Shown here: piece by piece, positions 1 to 18,649 of the stretch
Layout of the letters: every line of letters begins with the position of its first letter
Numbering within the stretch: position 1 is the first letter of the stretch
Assembly (NCBI RefSeq): GCF_009914755.1
Contig: NC_060928.1
Direction: 5' to 3' (one strand)
From: the human T2T-CHM13v2.0 reference genome, Homo sapiens
DNA: 64,000 nt
Notes under the pieces: generated by a model
What the model was told of the DNA's origin: nothing
Seen by the model: only the letters and a program-made list of their open reading frames with translations
Databases searched by the model: none
Position numbers and translations under genes: made by a program

Positions 1-1246
1 AAATGACCGTGACCCCTACCTTACATAATACACAAAAATTAATTCAAAATGGATGATAGGTCTAAATATAAAAGTTGTTTTAAAACTTCTAGAAGAAAAC
101 ATGGGAGAAAATTTTTACCACCTTGGAGTAGGAAAAGATTTCTCATATAAAATAATCACAAGTCCTAACATTTTTAAAAATTAATACAATTGCAGCTCAA
201 AAAATTAAAATGTTATGGTCTTTAAAAGATGCTAAATGAATAAGTAAGTGAATAAGGCACATTACAGACTAGGAGAAAATAGTTACAAAACATTTGTCCA
301 ACAAAAGACTCGTAGGATATATACAGAGAGAGGACTTGCTACTCAGTAAAAAGACAAATATCCCAATTTGAAAAAATAGACAAAAGACTTCATCATAGAA
401 GATGTGTTGAACAGGCAATTATCACATCATTGTCATCATGAAATATCACTTCAATCCCACTGGAATGGCTAAAATTAATAAGATTGGAAATAGCAAGTGT
501 CGCACAGGCATGGTGGCTCACACCTGTAATCCTAGCACTTTGGGAGGCTGAGGCGGGAAGATTGTTTGGGCTTGGAGTTTGAGACCAGCCTGGGCAACAT
601 AGTGAGACATCTCTACAAAAAATTTTAAAAATTAGCAGGGCATGGTAGCACATGCCTGTAGTCCCAGCTATTTGGGAGGCTGAAGTGGGAAGAACTCTTG
701 AGCCTGGGGAGGAGAGGGCTGCAGTGAGCCCTGATTACACCACTGCACTCCATCCTGGGTGACAGAGTAAGACCCTGTGTCAATAAATAAATAAATACAT
801 AATAAAAAATGAAAATAGCAAATGTTGGCAAGGATCTGAAGCAATTAGAGCATTTATACTTTGCTAGTAGGAATATAAAATAGTACAACCACTTTGGAAA
901 ACAGTAGTAATTATTTATTATGAATCTAAACAAGTACTTATCATAGGACCCAATATTTCCCCTCCTAACAAAAACAAATTGTGTCATATTTATCAGTCAA
1001 AATACTGCTCAGCAATAAAACAAAAACTACACATGACAACATGGATGAATCTCACATATATGCTGAGTGAAAGATGCTGGACACAATATGGTTGAGATGA
1101 CACTAGTCATTAAGAAATAAATCACATTTGTGGTTCCCAGGTGCAAGAATGTTGGGGAAGTTTAATGGCAAAGGAGCATGAGAAACCTTCTAGGGAGATG
1201 GAAATGCTCTATATCTTGATTGTTGTGGTGGTTACGTGGATGAATA
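1..1246 (+). mobile_element. Ancient L1 (L1M-type) ORF2 3' region/3' end, decayed, interrupted by an AluJ
   Basis: L1-like phrases: 'acacaaaaattaattcaaaatggat', 'aaacttctagaagaaaacatgggagaaaat', 'gtacaaccactttggaaaacagt', 'gatggaaatgctctatatcttgattg'. No intact ORF. Confidence 0.75.
502..810 (+). mobile_element. Alu (AluJ-like)
   Basis: Dimeric Alu with A-rich tail; TSD-like 'aaatagcaa(g/a)tgt' on both sides. Confidence 0.9.
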
Positions 1247-1524
1247 CAAAGACTCTCTCCTTGACCAAACTTAGTCAGGCTCCTCTGATACCTTTTGTCA
1301 ACTAGACCTTGACCTTAGGCTTCCATGTCTTTATTTGTTCAGTTTTAGCTAGACTCCTGCTAAGTCACTTTAGTAAGAGTCCCTTGCTTTTGGTATCTGG
1401 TCACCTTCAAAATCTGATCAAATTCATTATTCTCTACCTTCCCCCAGATGATATCTGATCACCCTAACCTGCCTTTAGAAAGAATACTATCAAATCAGTT
1501 TAGCAAGAATCTCCTCTTACCCCT

Positions 1525-2195
<671 letters not shown>

Positions 2196-3038
2196 CCCCT
2201 AATGTTTCCTCTTAGTAATTTTCAATCCACTGACCCCCAACCCTGTTCATTTGCTATAAATCTCCCCTTGTTCATGCTGTATTCAGAATTGAGCCCAATT
2301 CCATACTGAGGTTTATTTTCCTACATTGCAATATTTACTAAATAAAATTTGTTTTTTCTGCTCTAGCTACTATTCAACTGTGATTTTCTTTAACAGTGTA
2401 ATGCAGCAGATTCATTTGTGTTGTGCCAAGTTCCTGCCTGTGAAATTTAGCATATGTTGTAGTTTTAAAATAACTAACATTTTACCAATACATTTACTTA
2501 TAACTTCTTTTTGACATATATTATCTTATTTAACATTCTGAAACAGCTTGTGATTTAATTACAATAACACCAATTATATTTTTAATTGAAAAATAAATAA
2601 AAGGAATATTTAAATATCACTGGGTATTCTTAAATTTGGAAATGTATTAATCTTCAGATTTAAGACCAGGTACCTAAGCCTTTTCTTCCACAGTAGGATG
2701 TCAATGTTAAATTTTCATTTAGCTTTTACATGTACCACAGAATGCAGCCTTGAATCCTTTAATAGCAATTATATTGGTTTATTGAGTTTCATAACAGGAA
2801 ATAGACTATCAAAATATAAGTACTTCCAAAAAAAGATAACATTTTACAAGGCCCTTTTTTGGAAAACATGGTTAATTATTCCTGAGATATTTATAGAATT
2901 CTGGAATTCTGAAGTTGTTCTGCTTACTTTTGAGTAATATCGGTAGCTGACATTTTCTGAGTACTGACTGTGCCCAATCTGCTCTGTGTGCTGCCTATAT
3001 TTTACCTCACTTAATTCTTATCACAGTCTTATAAGGGA

Positions 3039-3710
<672 letters not shown>

Positions 3711-4030
3711 TGATACAGGGTGTGCTGGATATCTGTGGCCACCCTGATCAATTTTCCACCTTGCTCTATTCCTTAAGAATCTCATTCATAGGGACTACAC
3801 AATAATCGTTTATCTTCTCTCAGTTTTGGTTGAGTTCAGGCATTTGAAGATAGGAAGAAAGTAAGGGTTTTGAACTATTTATTTTCATGGCTCCCTCTAT
3901 GTAGGGTTAACATAGGGTAGCTCTGTCTCTCTATCTATGACCTCAATTCCTTTTCAACCCTATCTATACATCTATTCTATCTGGGCTCTAGTAACTCTGC
4001 CTTCCACTTGCCCATCCAGGCCCAGGGTAG

Positions 4031-4421
4031 TGCTATGGAATGAACTCCCATCCACCCCCAAATTCATATGTTGAAGCCCTATTCCCCAATATGACTATAT
4101 TCGAAAATAAGACCTTAAGGAGGTTATTAAACTTAAATGAGTTCATAAGGGTGTGGTCCTGATCCAGTTGGGTTAATGTACTTATTAAAAGAGACACCAG
4201 AGAGCTTGCTTTCTCTTCTCATTCAGGCACCAAGGAAGGGCCATGTGAGGACAAAGCAGCTGTCTGTAAGCCAGGAAGGGAGCCCTCACCAGATATTGTA
4301 CCCTGTTAGAACGAACCTTGATCTTGGACTGTCCAGTCTCTAAAACTGTAAGAAAATTAACTTCTGTTGTTTAAGCCATCCAGTCTGTGGTATTTTGTTA
4401 TGGAAGCCCAGGCTGACTAAT
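4031..4421 (+). mobile_element. MaLR solo LTR (MLT1B-like)
   Basis: 'tgctatgg...aaattcatatgttgaagcccta...ctgttgtttaagccatccagtctgtggtattttgttatggaagcccaggctgactaat'. Confidence 0.8.
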
Positions 4422-6026
4422 TGGGATAGTAAGGCACTATCTTGTATAGTTTCTTAACACTCTGCCCGCACTTTTGTAAAGAGTCCCTTTATTAAACTCC
4501 CCCTAATTGGCATTCATGCTGTTTTCTGATAGGATCCTGATTCATACAAAGCAGACAATCAGAGAACATTACCCAAGCTAAGAAGAGTGACTGACCCAAA
4601 TGTTCTCCTTCTCTCCTGGAACTTGAAGGCATAATAAGAGTGCATCTTATTTCTCTTGGTAGTTAGGCTTCAGTTTCTGTTTCTGTTTTGAAGTGTATGA
4701 GACTGCTGTAACTCATGCTCTGTTCTTTTGGCCCAGCCAATGTATGGCAGTTTCTTATAAGGATCACAACCCACCATCTCCTCAGGCTGACCAGATTCTT
4801 CACTTCAGCTCTTGCTGGTACTGTGGATTTTTCAAGACTCACTTATGTGCATACTCCATTTGACCCTAGCACTGGCCTTTGCAGTGGTGACTCCTTGGAG
4901 AAAAACTCACTCAGTCCATGGTTAACTTGCACACACCTCCAGAGTTACATGGGCATTTCTAGTTCTCTTCACATCTTGGGAAACCAAGAGACAATCTCCT
5001 AGGCTCCCCCTGCTTAAACATGCTACTTAACCATTTTAACTCTACTGTGGCCTTCACATTGGCTCTAGGCACTCTGCTTCCAAAATTCCAAACAGGAAGT
5101 GGGGTGCAAATCCTATGTACTTTCACTTAATGTCTCTGTAGACATTCAGAAGCACATTTCCACCCAATTTCCCTCTGACCCTCTTCTTGGACAAAGTTTT
5201 TGTGATACCACTTTGATGATAAAGAATCTAGTGAGGCCTTAAGATACAACCTAAGAAAGAAGGTCAAAAACTGCAAAGTAGAAAGAACATTTAGATTTCT
5301 ACAACTTTTGCAATTTCTTGTGTATGTGACGTTTGTCTCCTTATACCACAGAGATTACCAAAACAGGCACCAGAGGAAAAAAAAGATGATCACCACCACC
5401 ACCACCACCATTTAATAAATAATGTGTTTAGCATAACTTCAGGATGAGAAAAGAAGATTAGAGCTGGTGGGACAGTGATTCTAAGACTTCTCAGAGGTGA
5501 TTTCCAGGATGACTACTCCAAAGAGAAGAGGCAAGTAAACTGCAGTCCTCAGGACCTGTTGCTAAGAAGAAAAGAAATTCTGAAGAATCAATTCAGATCT
5601 GAAAATATTGGACTGGGTCGAAACACACTTGAAAATATAATCTGTCATACATTTTCTCATTGCTTAGGAGTATGGGCTTGGGCATAAATAAGATTAGCAT
5701 TTTAGCAAACATTTACTGCTTAGAAGCTATGTGAACGTGGAGAAGTGTAACACAGAGGTGAAGAGCCCTGGCTCCAGAGTTAGGGATGTGGCTTGAATCC
5801 TCGCTCTGCTACCCAGAGCAAATTATTTACTTCTTTGAGCAAATTATTTACTTCTTTGAACCTCATTTTGTTTTCTTTAACTAGGATAGCTAATCCAATA
5901 GTTTTTTCTTCATCAAGTCATATGTGAAGTACTTATCACTAACCTGTTGTGTGTATGCATGTTAGTGCTAAGTACTTCAGCAATTGATCATCATTATTAT
6001 CAACCTGAGAAAACTCACTTTATTCT

Positions 6027-6240
6027 TGTCAAAGGAAAATAAATCTCAGGACCCAAAAATCACTAAGCCAAAGGGAAGTCAAGCTGGGAACTGCAATGGG
6101 CACACCTGCCTCCCATTCTATTCCTAAATAAGATAGCTACAAAAATTAAAAAGCTACATGCTTCCCTTGCAGTTTTCCCATAAGGAAATTCCTTGTGAAC
6201 AAGAGACAGAACTCAGAGTCATCCCTGTGCTCACGTGAGT
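6027..6240 (+). mobile_element. MER4-group LTR 5' fragment (MER4B-like)
   Basis: 'tgtcaaaggaaaataaatctcaggacccaaaaatcactaagccaaagggaagtcaagctgggaactgc', clearly related to the LTRs at 49854 and 55222. Confidence 0.75.
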
Positions 6241-6244
6241 CAGA

Positions 6245-6630
<386 letters not shown>

Positions 6631-6659
6631 CATTTGTATGTGGGTATGTTTTATTTCCG

Positions 6660-6884
6660 GGGGGCTGCTATAACAAAGTATTATAGATTGTGTCTTCATA
6701 TTTTGGAAGGGGAAAACAAGCTCATTGGGGCCGCTTTTTTAAGGGCACTAATCCCATTTATGAGGGCTCTTCTGTCACGATCCAATCACCATCCAAAGGC
6801 CCAACCTCTTAATACCAACACCTTGGGGCTTAGAATTTCAACAAACGGATTTTGGAGGCAGGGGACATAAATGTTCTGATAGCA
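6660..6884 (-). mobile_element. MaLR LTR fragment (MLT1A/MST-like), internally deleted
   Basis: 'gctgctataacaaagta...aagggcactaatcccattttatgagggctc...gatagca' is the reverse complement of a MaLR LTR. Confidence 0.7.
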
Positions 6885-7108
6885 GGGCTTTTTAGAAGTG
6901 TCATGAATAATTAAATTCTAATCATGGTAGCCAAGCCATGTATCAGCTTTCTTATAACTTAATTAGAATGCCAAATACTGTGGAAGAAACAATAACATTG
7001 CAAGCAAATGTGTTATTGTTACTTTGAAGGAAGTTATCTTCTAGTATAGTAGAAGTAGTAGATATTGTAGTGGGGTAAAACGTGTTTTCTGACAATGACT
7101 CCTTTTAC

Positions 7109-7562
7109 CAGTAGTGAACTGGTAAATGTTTAACAACCAGCTCTCCAGAAAAACAAAATAAAACAAAACTTATTTGTAATGTTTGTCAATTTATGTGGTG
7201 TAATTACTCCTACCATGACCAATTTCAAACTATCTATGTGACATCTCATCACTGAACACAGGAAGAAATGAGAAGTAACAAAATTTTATAGTATTTTCAC
7301 CATACAGGTGCAATAATTGTAAATATAAATAACCTCAAGAACAAATAATATTAAGTTATAATTGAAAGAATCAGGAAGTGGTGAATTTTGAATATTTATT
7401 ACTTTTGTATTTAATATAGTTTACTTAACTAACTTAATATTATTAACTTTGTATAATTTATTTTTTAATAATCCCTATGTTTAACAACCAGTCTACAAAA
7501 ATTTTAAAAATTTAACAACTGGCTCTTATAAGTCATTACAGGCAAGCTTCAGCACACCATTA
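7109..7562. mobile_element. hAT DNA transposon relic (MER63-like)
   Basis: Terminal inverted-repeat-like ends 'cagtagtgaactggtaaatgtttaacaaccagctctc' and 'cagcacaccatt'; repeated 'tttaacaac(c/t)' subterminal motifs. Confidence 0.6.
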
Positions 7563-8946
7563 TGCTTAACTGCCCCTCAGATACACAGCACTCATAGCTA
7601 TATATGTATGATTTTATAGGATATCCTGGCCACAGCTGATGAGAGTAAATAGGGATGGGAATAGGTTCAATGTCACTTCTCCCAGAATTTGGAAAGGGAA
7701 TCAGACTGGAAATCATCCTGTTTGTGTGGCTGAAACTATAACTCATGAAAATTTGAAGTTACAGGCAGTCACTTTTTGACCATTATGTGGACTTAGTAGT
7801 AAATAAGATTTATCTTCCAGTATAGAAGCATAAAAATATGCAAAGGGAAACCAGAAATGGGGAAACACATCTCATTTGTCTTAAAGCATTCTAGATTTCA
7901 GCGGCAGTTCTTGAGACCTGGTTGCATTCTACCCTTCGATTTGGACAGATACATTTACCCTCACAGTAGTTTTCCTTTTCCTCTAATATAACTCGAATTG
8001 CTTTTTGTTATTTGCAAACAAAAAGATGGACATGAAGGAAAAAGGAAATAGCAAAATACGCAAAATAATAAGCGTAGTATAATACTGGGTGAAAAATGTT
8101 CAATTGCTCTATAGCTCATAGATCAAAATAGAGAACTTTGCCCTAACTCTATTCGTAGATAATGAACATTAGGATAAATATTTCAACTCTCCTTTTTGAG
8201 AAAACCACAATCTAAATACAGCTACCTTTCTCTGTAGATTCTACTGTAATGTGTGCTTGGATTTAACTGCCTCTCATTGTAAACAAGATTGTTTTGAGGC
8301 AGCTGAAAGGTAAAGAGCTTTCCTTTGGCAAGCTCAACAACTCTTGTGACTTAATCATCATCTATACAAGAATGATTACTTCAGTCAGACTTCTCACCTG
8401 ATGTCAGTTGTTTCCTTGACATCTTTTCTTAGATGTCTCATGATTAGCTCAATTTTAAAAAGCTCAACAGTACCCCCTTGATCCACCACTACCCACACTG
8501 TCCACTAACCTACTCATGCTAGGGATCTGGGAATTAGCCTTCTCCTCACCTCACATCTCCAGCACTTGCAGTACAGTGAGGAAGTGAGGGTGAAGGGGAA
8601 AGGGAGCTAAGGTACAGACAATGGCTAATTTACATCTCTTGGTGGCAAGTGTTACAACAGGAATAGTATACAACACTATAGAGACATACAATGGGAATAA
8701 ATCCATGAGTTAGTCATATGCTCCTTTCTAGACCGTTCTCTGGGTACTCACTGCCTGAAAAACATGATTTTTTCTTACAGGTTTCAGCTAATTCTGCATC
8801 TCACCAAGAAATTTTTCCTTGACAACCTCTCCCTAACAGAATTAGTTGTCTCTGTTGTGTTCCTGTAACCGAGTATCCCCATTTTTCTTAAGAAAAAGGG
8901 AATGAATAACTATTATTATTTTCTCTTCTCTTTTTCCTTTTCCCCT

Positions 8947-11647
<2,701 letters not shown>

Positions 11648-12026
11648 CCCCTGTTCTCCACTTTCTACTTAGTCTTTTAGTAATGACAATATAGCCTTTT
11701 ACCATCCCCTTCACCAGACGCTCCCTACAGGGTAAGTTCATCTATGCACTCTAAGACGGAACTCTCTTTGAGAGTTAACAGTCGATTTATAGACCAAAGC
11801 ATGCCTGCTATGGAACTCTCACCCACCAGAGGGTTACCTCAAGAGATAACAATTGAAAAACATGTCCGCTACTGTCTCCCAGCTAGGGAGTTTTTATCAT
11901 AGTCCTGCCCACAAAAATGCCAGAAGTCACCAGCTTGACCTCCTGGTATGTAAGGGACCAAGCTAACATGCAGACCCCTCACCTTGCTCACTTCCTCTCC
12001 TGCCTTTTAAAAGTGCCTGCTTTAGG

Positions 12027-12295
12027 TTCTCACTCATAAGTAGGAGTTGAAGAATGAAAACACATGGACACAGGGAGGGGAACAACACACACCATGGCCT
12101 GTTGGGAAGTTGGGGATGAGGGGAAGGAACTTAGAGGATGGGTCCGTAGGTGCAGCAAACCACCATGGCACACATATACCTATGTAGCAAACCTGCACGT
12201 TCTGTACATGTATCCCAGAACTTAAAGTAAAATAAAAAAATAAAAAAATAAAAAGAAAAAAGAAAATGAAAAAACAAAAAAAGGAAAAAGAAAGT
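12027..12295 (+). mobile_element. 5'-truncated L1PA 3' end
   Basis: 'ttctcactcataagtaggagttgaagaatgaaaacacatggacacagggagggg...cccagaacttaaagtaaaataaaaaaa' plus A tail; TSD 'aagtgcctgcttt'. Confidence 0.9.
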
Positions 12296-12723
12296 AAGTG
12301 CCTGCTTTTGCTCCAGAAACAAAGTAGTACATTTAAAGTCAAGACTCCTGTGCTTCTTCCCCTAAGCTAGCTTGGGAAATAAATCACTTTGTTTATACCA
12401 GACCTCGCTTTTGTTAATTGGGCTCTGCAAGCATTGAGTGACTAACCTGCATTTATTAGTTACATTCTCACTGCATTTGTACTTGTCTCCATTACAACAA
12501 TTATAATTATAGATACATTTTAAGTTACTATGGAGCCCCAGCAGAATGCCTGTCACATCAAAATTATCAAAGAAGTATTTAGTAAAGAGAAGAAAAAAAA
12601 GAATAAACAGAAGATATCAACAGCTCTGGATTCTACCAGTGACCAGCATTCAATCAACTCTATATAAATTATTCTCTCTGTTCCTATATTTTCTCCTTTG
12701 TCCAGTAAGAAATTGGACTCATG

Positions 12724-13540
12724 GCCAGATGCAGTGGCTCATGCCTGTAATCCCAGCACTTTGGGAGGCTCAGTGGGGTGGATCACTTGAGCCCAGGTGT
12801 TCTGAGACCAGCCTGGGCAAAATGGGGAAACCCCATTGTGGGGGTTCAGTCAGGCTGGTGGGAAAAATTTTAGTTATCATAGCCACAAACCCTCTTGGAA
12901 GGCCTGAGAGTTTGCATAACTTCAGTAATAGATCTAGCTGAAGGCAGCCTAGTCCCTTTACCTTTAGTTAAATAGGTTAAAGTAGATACAAAGGAATGTG
13001 GGGGAGTTTATCTAACTAGCTTGTTTACTCATGTGGTCCTAAGACTAATCTTAGTGTGCTTAATTGCTTTCTACTCGGGAGGTCCGCAATGTCAATTACC
13101 CTCTAGTGGTGTTGACTCAAGCCTTTGTCAATTAATCTTTACTGAATGAATGTGAGTCTTGCTGTGTCTAGGCTGGAGGTTCCAACTATTTACAGCACTC
13201 TTCTTGGTGTCTGTAAGTGGCCTGGATGCTCAGCCAGACTGGCAAAGCAGAATATCTGTGTCAGTGCACGTTATTCATCTGTCATTGGGTCAGGGTCTGC
13301 AGGACAGACCCCTGCACCCCATCTCTACAAAAAACACCCCCTGCAAAATTGTCTGGGCATGGTGCCACATGCCTGTAGTCCCAGCTACTTGGGAGACTGA
13401 AGCGGGAGGATTCCCTGAGTCCAGGAGGTGGAGGCTGATATAAGCCAGGATCATATCATTGCACTTCAGCCTAGGCAATAGAATGAGACCCTGTCTAAAA
13501 AGAATTAAAAAAAAAAAAAAAGGAAAGAAAGGAAAAAAAG
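12724..13540 (+). mobile_element. AluJ-like element split by an LTR22 insertion
   Basis: Left arm ends at 'gaaaccccat' (12836) and resumes 'ccccatctctacaaaaaa' (13317). Confidence 0.88.
12837..13316 (+). mobile_element. ERVK solo LTR (LTR22 / HML-5-like)
   Basis: TG...CA termini ('tgtgggggttcagtcaggctggtggg' ... 'gacagacccctgca'); 6-bp TSD CCCCAT at 12831-12836 and 13317-13322, the length typical of ERVK integrase. Confidence 0.85.
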
Positions 13541-14631
13541 AAAAACGATATGGAGCTTGAACTTTCCTTGACTTTGGGCACGTCACATGGCTTCGATTTC
13601 TTCATCTATAAAATGTCAACCACAGAGTTATTGTGAAGATCAAATGAGCTGTGCATGTGAAATGAAACTACCTTTACAAGCATTAAATGCTATAAAAATT
13701 TTAAGCATGGCTTTTAGTAGTTTTAGCTCTAATTTTCTATTATTCTAAATAGTGGAATGTGGTAGAAGTATATCACTGTTTTTTCTTTTTTTCTTTTTAA
13801 CCAGTGGTGGGGATAAGGGGAAGGAAGTGGTTGAAAAATCGAAAGGGAACTTCTTACTTGGGTAAGTCTGGACTTAATTGTGCCAAACTTTCTAAAGCAG
13901 CTTCCAGGACAAATTTCCAGGAATATTTAAAAAATTGTTTAGACTGACTGGAACACAGATATGAAGCCACATTTTTTGTGCACGTGTGACTATGTGTGCC
14001 TCTGGAAGATTTCAACACAAACACGCTCTCATCTAAATTAACGCTTTCCTCTGAATTGACTCATTTGACCAGCATAACCAGTTTGCATGCCAGTGCAAGC
14101 AGAGAAAGTTGTAATAAAAAGAAGAAAAGAATGAAAGGCATTTAGAAATTCGGTGGTTAAATGTACACTTAGTTAATCATTGTATTTGTTTTTCAAGGGC
14201 TTCCTAACCTTTTGGAGAAAGAAAAATATGGCAGAAAGCTGACTGAAGTTTGAAATTAATATGTGCAAAATGTCTGTAGAGGATCTAGTCTATCCTCCTT
14301 TCCTTCATCTTAAGACTTAATTTTATCCAAAAATTAAGTAGCCTGATTAGTCATCCTTGCTTTCTTCTCTTCCTGGCTCCTTGGGTTTTTTCCCATATGT
14401 ATTTGTTCAGCATCTATTACAAAGCAGGCACTGCCCAAGGCATTGTTTTTAATGTACAAGTAGGGAGTTTGAAATTCATCCTTTCGATCAGAAGTTCTCA
14501 AACTATACGGTGTATATGATTCACAAGGAAAATTTGTCCAAAATGCAGATTTCTAGTCTTAATCCCAGATATCAGATTTGAGGCTCTTCGTGGGGCCTGG
14601 CAATCTGCCATTTTAACAAGTGTCTGGGAGA

Positions 14632-15488
<857 letters not shown>

Positions 15489-16218
15489 GACAACAACAAA
15501 CAAGTGATAAGCAATTCAAGGGACTCCATTCACCTGTTTGAAATTAATAAAACACTTAGTGATTAGATTAGGTTGGTGGGCAGCTGAACTCTTCAAGATT
15601 TTATCTATATCTCTTTAAGAACTCCAGAATCGGGGCTCTCTGTTCGAATCCAGACTCTGCCACTTAGGAGCTATTCAGTTGATTGTATTAATCAAGTTAA
15701 CCTCTTTGTACTCTGTGTCCTCCTCTGTGACAGTACATGGGAATCAAAATATCTACCTCAGAGAGTCACTGGGCAGATTTAGCAGATAAAGCATGGGTGT
15801 TATCTGGCATATAGCAGTAAGTACAAAAAAGTAGCTACAATAATAATAACATAACATATAAATTAATATAATAACATTGTTACCATTATTGGCAGTAGTT
15901 TTACTGTGGCTCTATTTTTTAGAGAGAAGAGAGAAGACACAAAGTTTTGCCCACAATAAGTGGTCAGGTCTTGGAATATGACTAGATGATTGCTTCAAAA
16001 GAGAGAAGTGTTCTGACTGCTTGTATATGTCTTCTGAGGCGGAAATTGCTGTTAGTAACAACCATTTTAGTTTACATTTTCTAAATATTATTAAATCCCT
16101 GAGTAGTAGGTAATATTATTGCTATTCTGACATTTTCTTCTCATGGCTTAATTTAAAAGAATCAAAATTATACCCAGCTCAGAGAGGTAAATAACAAATG
16201 TTCTCAAGAAGCATCTAA

Positions 16219-16514
16219 GGCCAGGTGCAGTGGCTCACGCCTGTAATCCCAGCACTTTGGGAGGCCGAGGCAGGTGGATCACGAGGTCCGGAGTTCAAGA
16301 CCAGCCTGAACAATACAGTGAAACCGCGTCTCTACTAAAAATACAAAAATTATCTGGGCGTGGTGGTGGGAGCCTATAATCCCAGCTACTAGGGAGGCTG
16401 AGGCAGGGAACTCCTTGAACCCTGGACGTGCAGGTTGCAGTGAGCTGAGATCGTGCCACTGCACTCCAGCCTGGACGACAGAGTGAGACTCCGTCTCAAA
16501 AAAAAAAAAAAAAA
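16219..16514 (+). mobile_element. AluS
   Basis: Full dimer, poly-A, TSD 'aagcatcta'. Confidence 0.95.
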
Positions 16515-16524
16515 GCATCTAAAA

Positions 16525-16863
16525 CAGGGGTCCCCAACCCCCATGACACAGATTCTGGTCCATGGTCTTTAGGAACTGGGTTGCATAGTAGGAGGTGACC
16601 AGCAGGCAAGCAAGTGAGCATTACCACCTGAGCACCACCTCCTGTTGGATTAGTGGTGGCATTAGATTCTCATAGGATCGTGAACCCCATTGCAAATCGT
16701 GCATGTGAAGGAGCTACATTGTAAGCTCCTGATGAGAGTCTAACTAATGCCTGATGATCTGAGGTGGAATAGTTTCATCTGGAAACCATTCATCTCTCTT
16801 GTCCATGGAAAAATTGTTTTCCATTAAACTGGTCCCTGGTGCCAAAAAGGCTGGGGACTGCTG
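16525..16863 (+). mobile_element. MER1B-like hAT-Charlie DNA transposon
   Basis: Terminal inverted repeats 'caggggtccccaacc' / 'ggctggggactgctg'; perfect 8-bp TSD ATCTAAAA at 16517-16524 and 16864-16871. Confidence 0.9.
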
Positions 16864-17064
16864 ATCTAAAAGATGTCCTCATCATAATCACAGATAATGA
16901 ATACAGAATACTCAGTATCGGAGGAAAGATAAAAAGTTCAGTTTGGGTCAATTTCTTCACTATTTACATACACTTAGGGCCTTAGACCCTTCCATGCTAA
17001 AATTTAAATGCATGCATTAGCTCATTTAATCTATAATAGCCCTATAAGTAAATTGCTATTATAA

Positions 17065-17386
<322 letters not shown>

Positions 17387-18649
17387 TAAAAGATGCCATT
17401 ATAAAACATCTTTAAAAATGAAATTTATTCTCTGAAGTGTCAACATAATAAGAAAGAAAAAAAAGACACTTAGGTTAACTAAAGTAATAAAGGAACTCAA
17501 ACTTGAACCAAGAGCTATGTGATCTTACATCTCACTTTAGTCTGCATATCAAACCGCCTCCTAGACACTTTGAGGCTCACGGGTCTGAAGTGGGTGTAGT
17601 GGCATCCTGGGAAGATTTAATAGGACAACAAAGGTAAGTCACACAATGAGCTCTAAATTCTAGTCTGTCCAAAGCATGCTCCTTTCTAAAATTATATTCT
17701 AAAATGTTAAGAAAAAATACAAAAAAGGGCATTTTCAGAAAATGTTTTATAGTCCTTCCTCTGAATGACTAACTTTACCTTTTTTCTACATTGCATATTC
17801 TTTATCCCAAACATATGCAGAACATGTTGATGTGTTCTCTGATTACAAAGTGTTTTCAAATGATAATGTAATGACTCAGTAGACTTGTGAAATGCAGGCA
17901 GAAAAAAATCATTTAAAACCAAAATTGACTGTGCTGCTTCTACCTGCTAAGGGAAGTGGTCTAATTCGCATCAGAGGGGTAAGAGGCAGAGTTCCCTTCC
18001 CCTTTTGTAAAAGAAAAATGGGGACAGCAAGCAAAAAATCACTCAATTGTTAGGAAAAAATATCTAAGCCACCCTCTCACCTTCCTTCTCTTTCCCAAGA
18101 ATTGGTTGCACTACTGAAACCAGAGGAGTGCAGGAATTCCACTATTTTGTAAAATAAGTTTGAGCCAAATTTGCCTGAATTTCTAAGACAGGCTACTTTG
18201 GTTGATACACGGATTAAGCCTAAAAATAAAACCTTTTGAGATAAATTGGGTAGTACACCCACAGAATCGCGCCCGAGTCAAGGAGGGAAATCCTTTTGGT
18301 ATTGTGTTTAAAAATCATTTTTAATTTTCCCTACAACGAAGCGAAACTCCTCACATGTGTTTAATTGTTCGCTCTGAAAGACTACACAGGCCGTTACGAA
18401 AATAGTTTTTGGCATGAGTAGTGATCTAGTTATAAATCAGTGAAAAATAAATTGTGTCCATAAAAAAGTTACAGAATTTACCCCTGTGCCATTAAATATT
18501 AGTTAACAACCTTGATTTTTAAATTGATGTGCCATATTCTACCATATCGATACTGTATTTGATATGGTTCAGTTGCAGACTGCTCTTCCAGAATAAATAG
18601 GCAGAAAGGAATTTATCACTGGCTGCAAACCATTAGATGGCTTACAAAC

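Noticed and set aside
5816-5857. Perfect 21-bp tandem duplication (gagcaaattatttacttcttt x2)
   Set aside because: Real, but an ordinary slippage duplication within a MIR-like relic with no sign of function.
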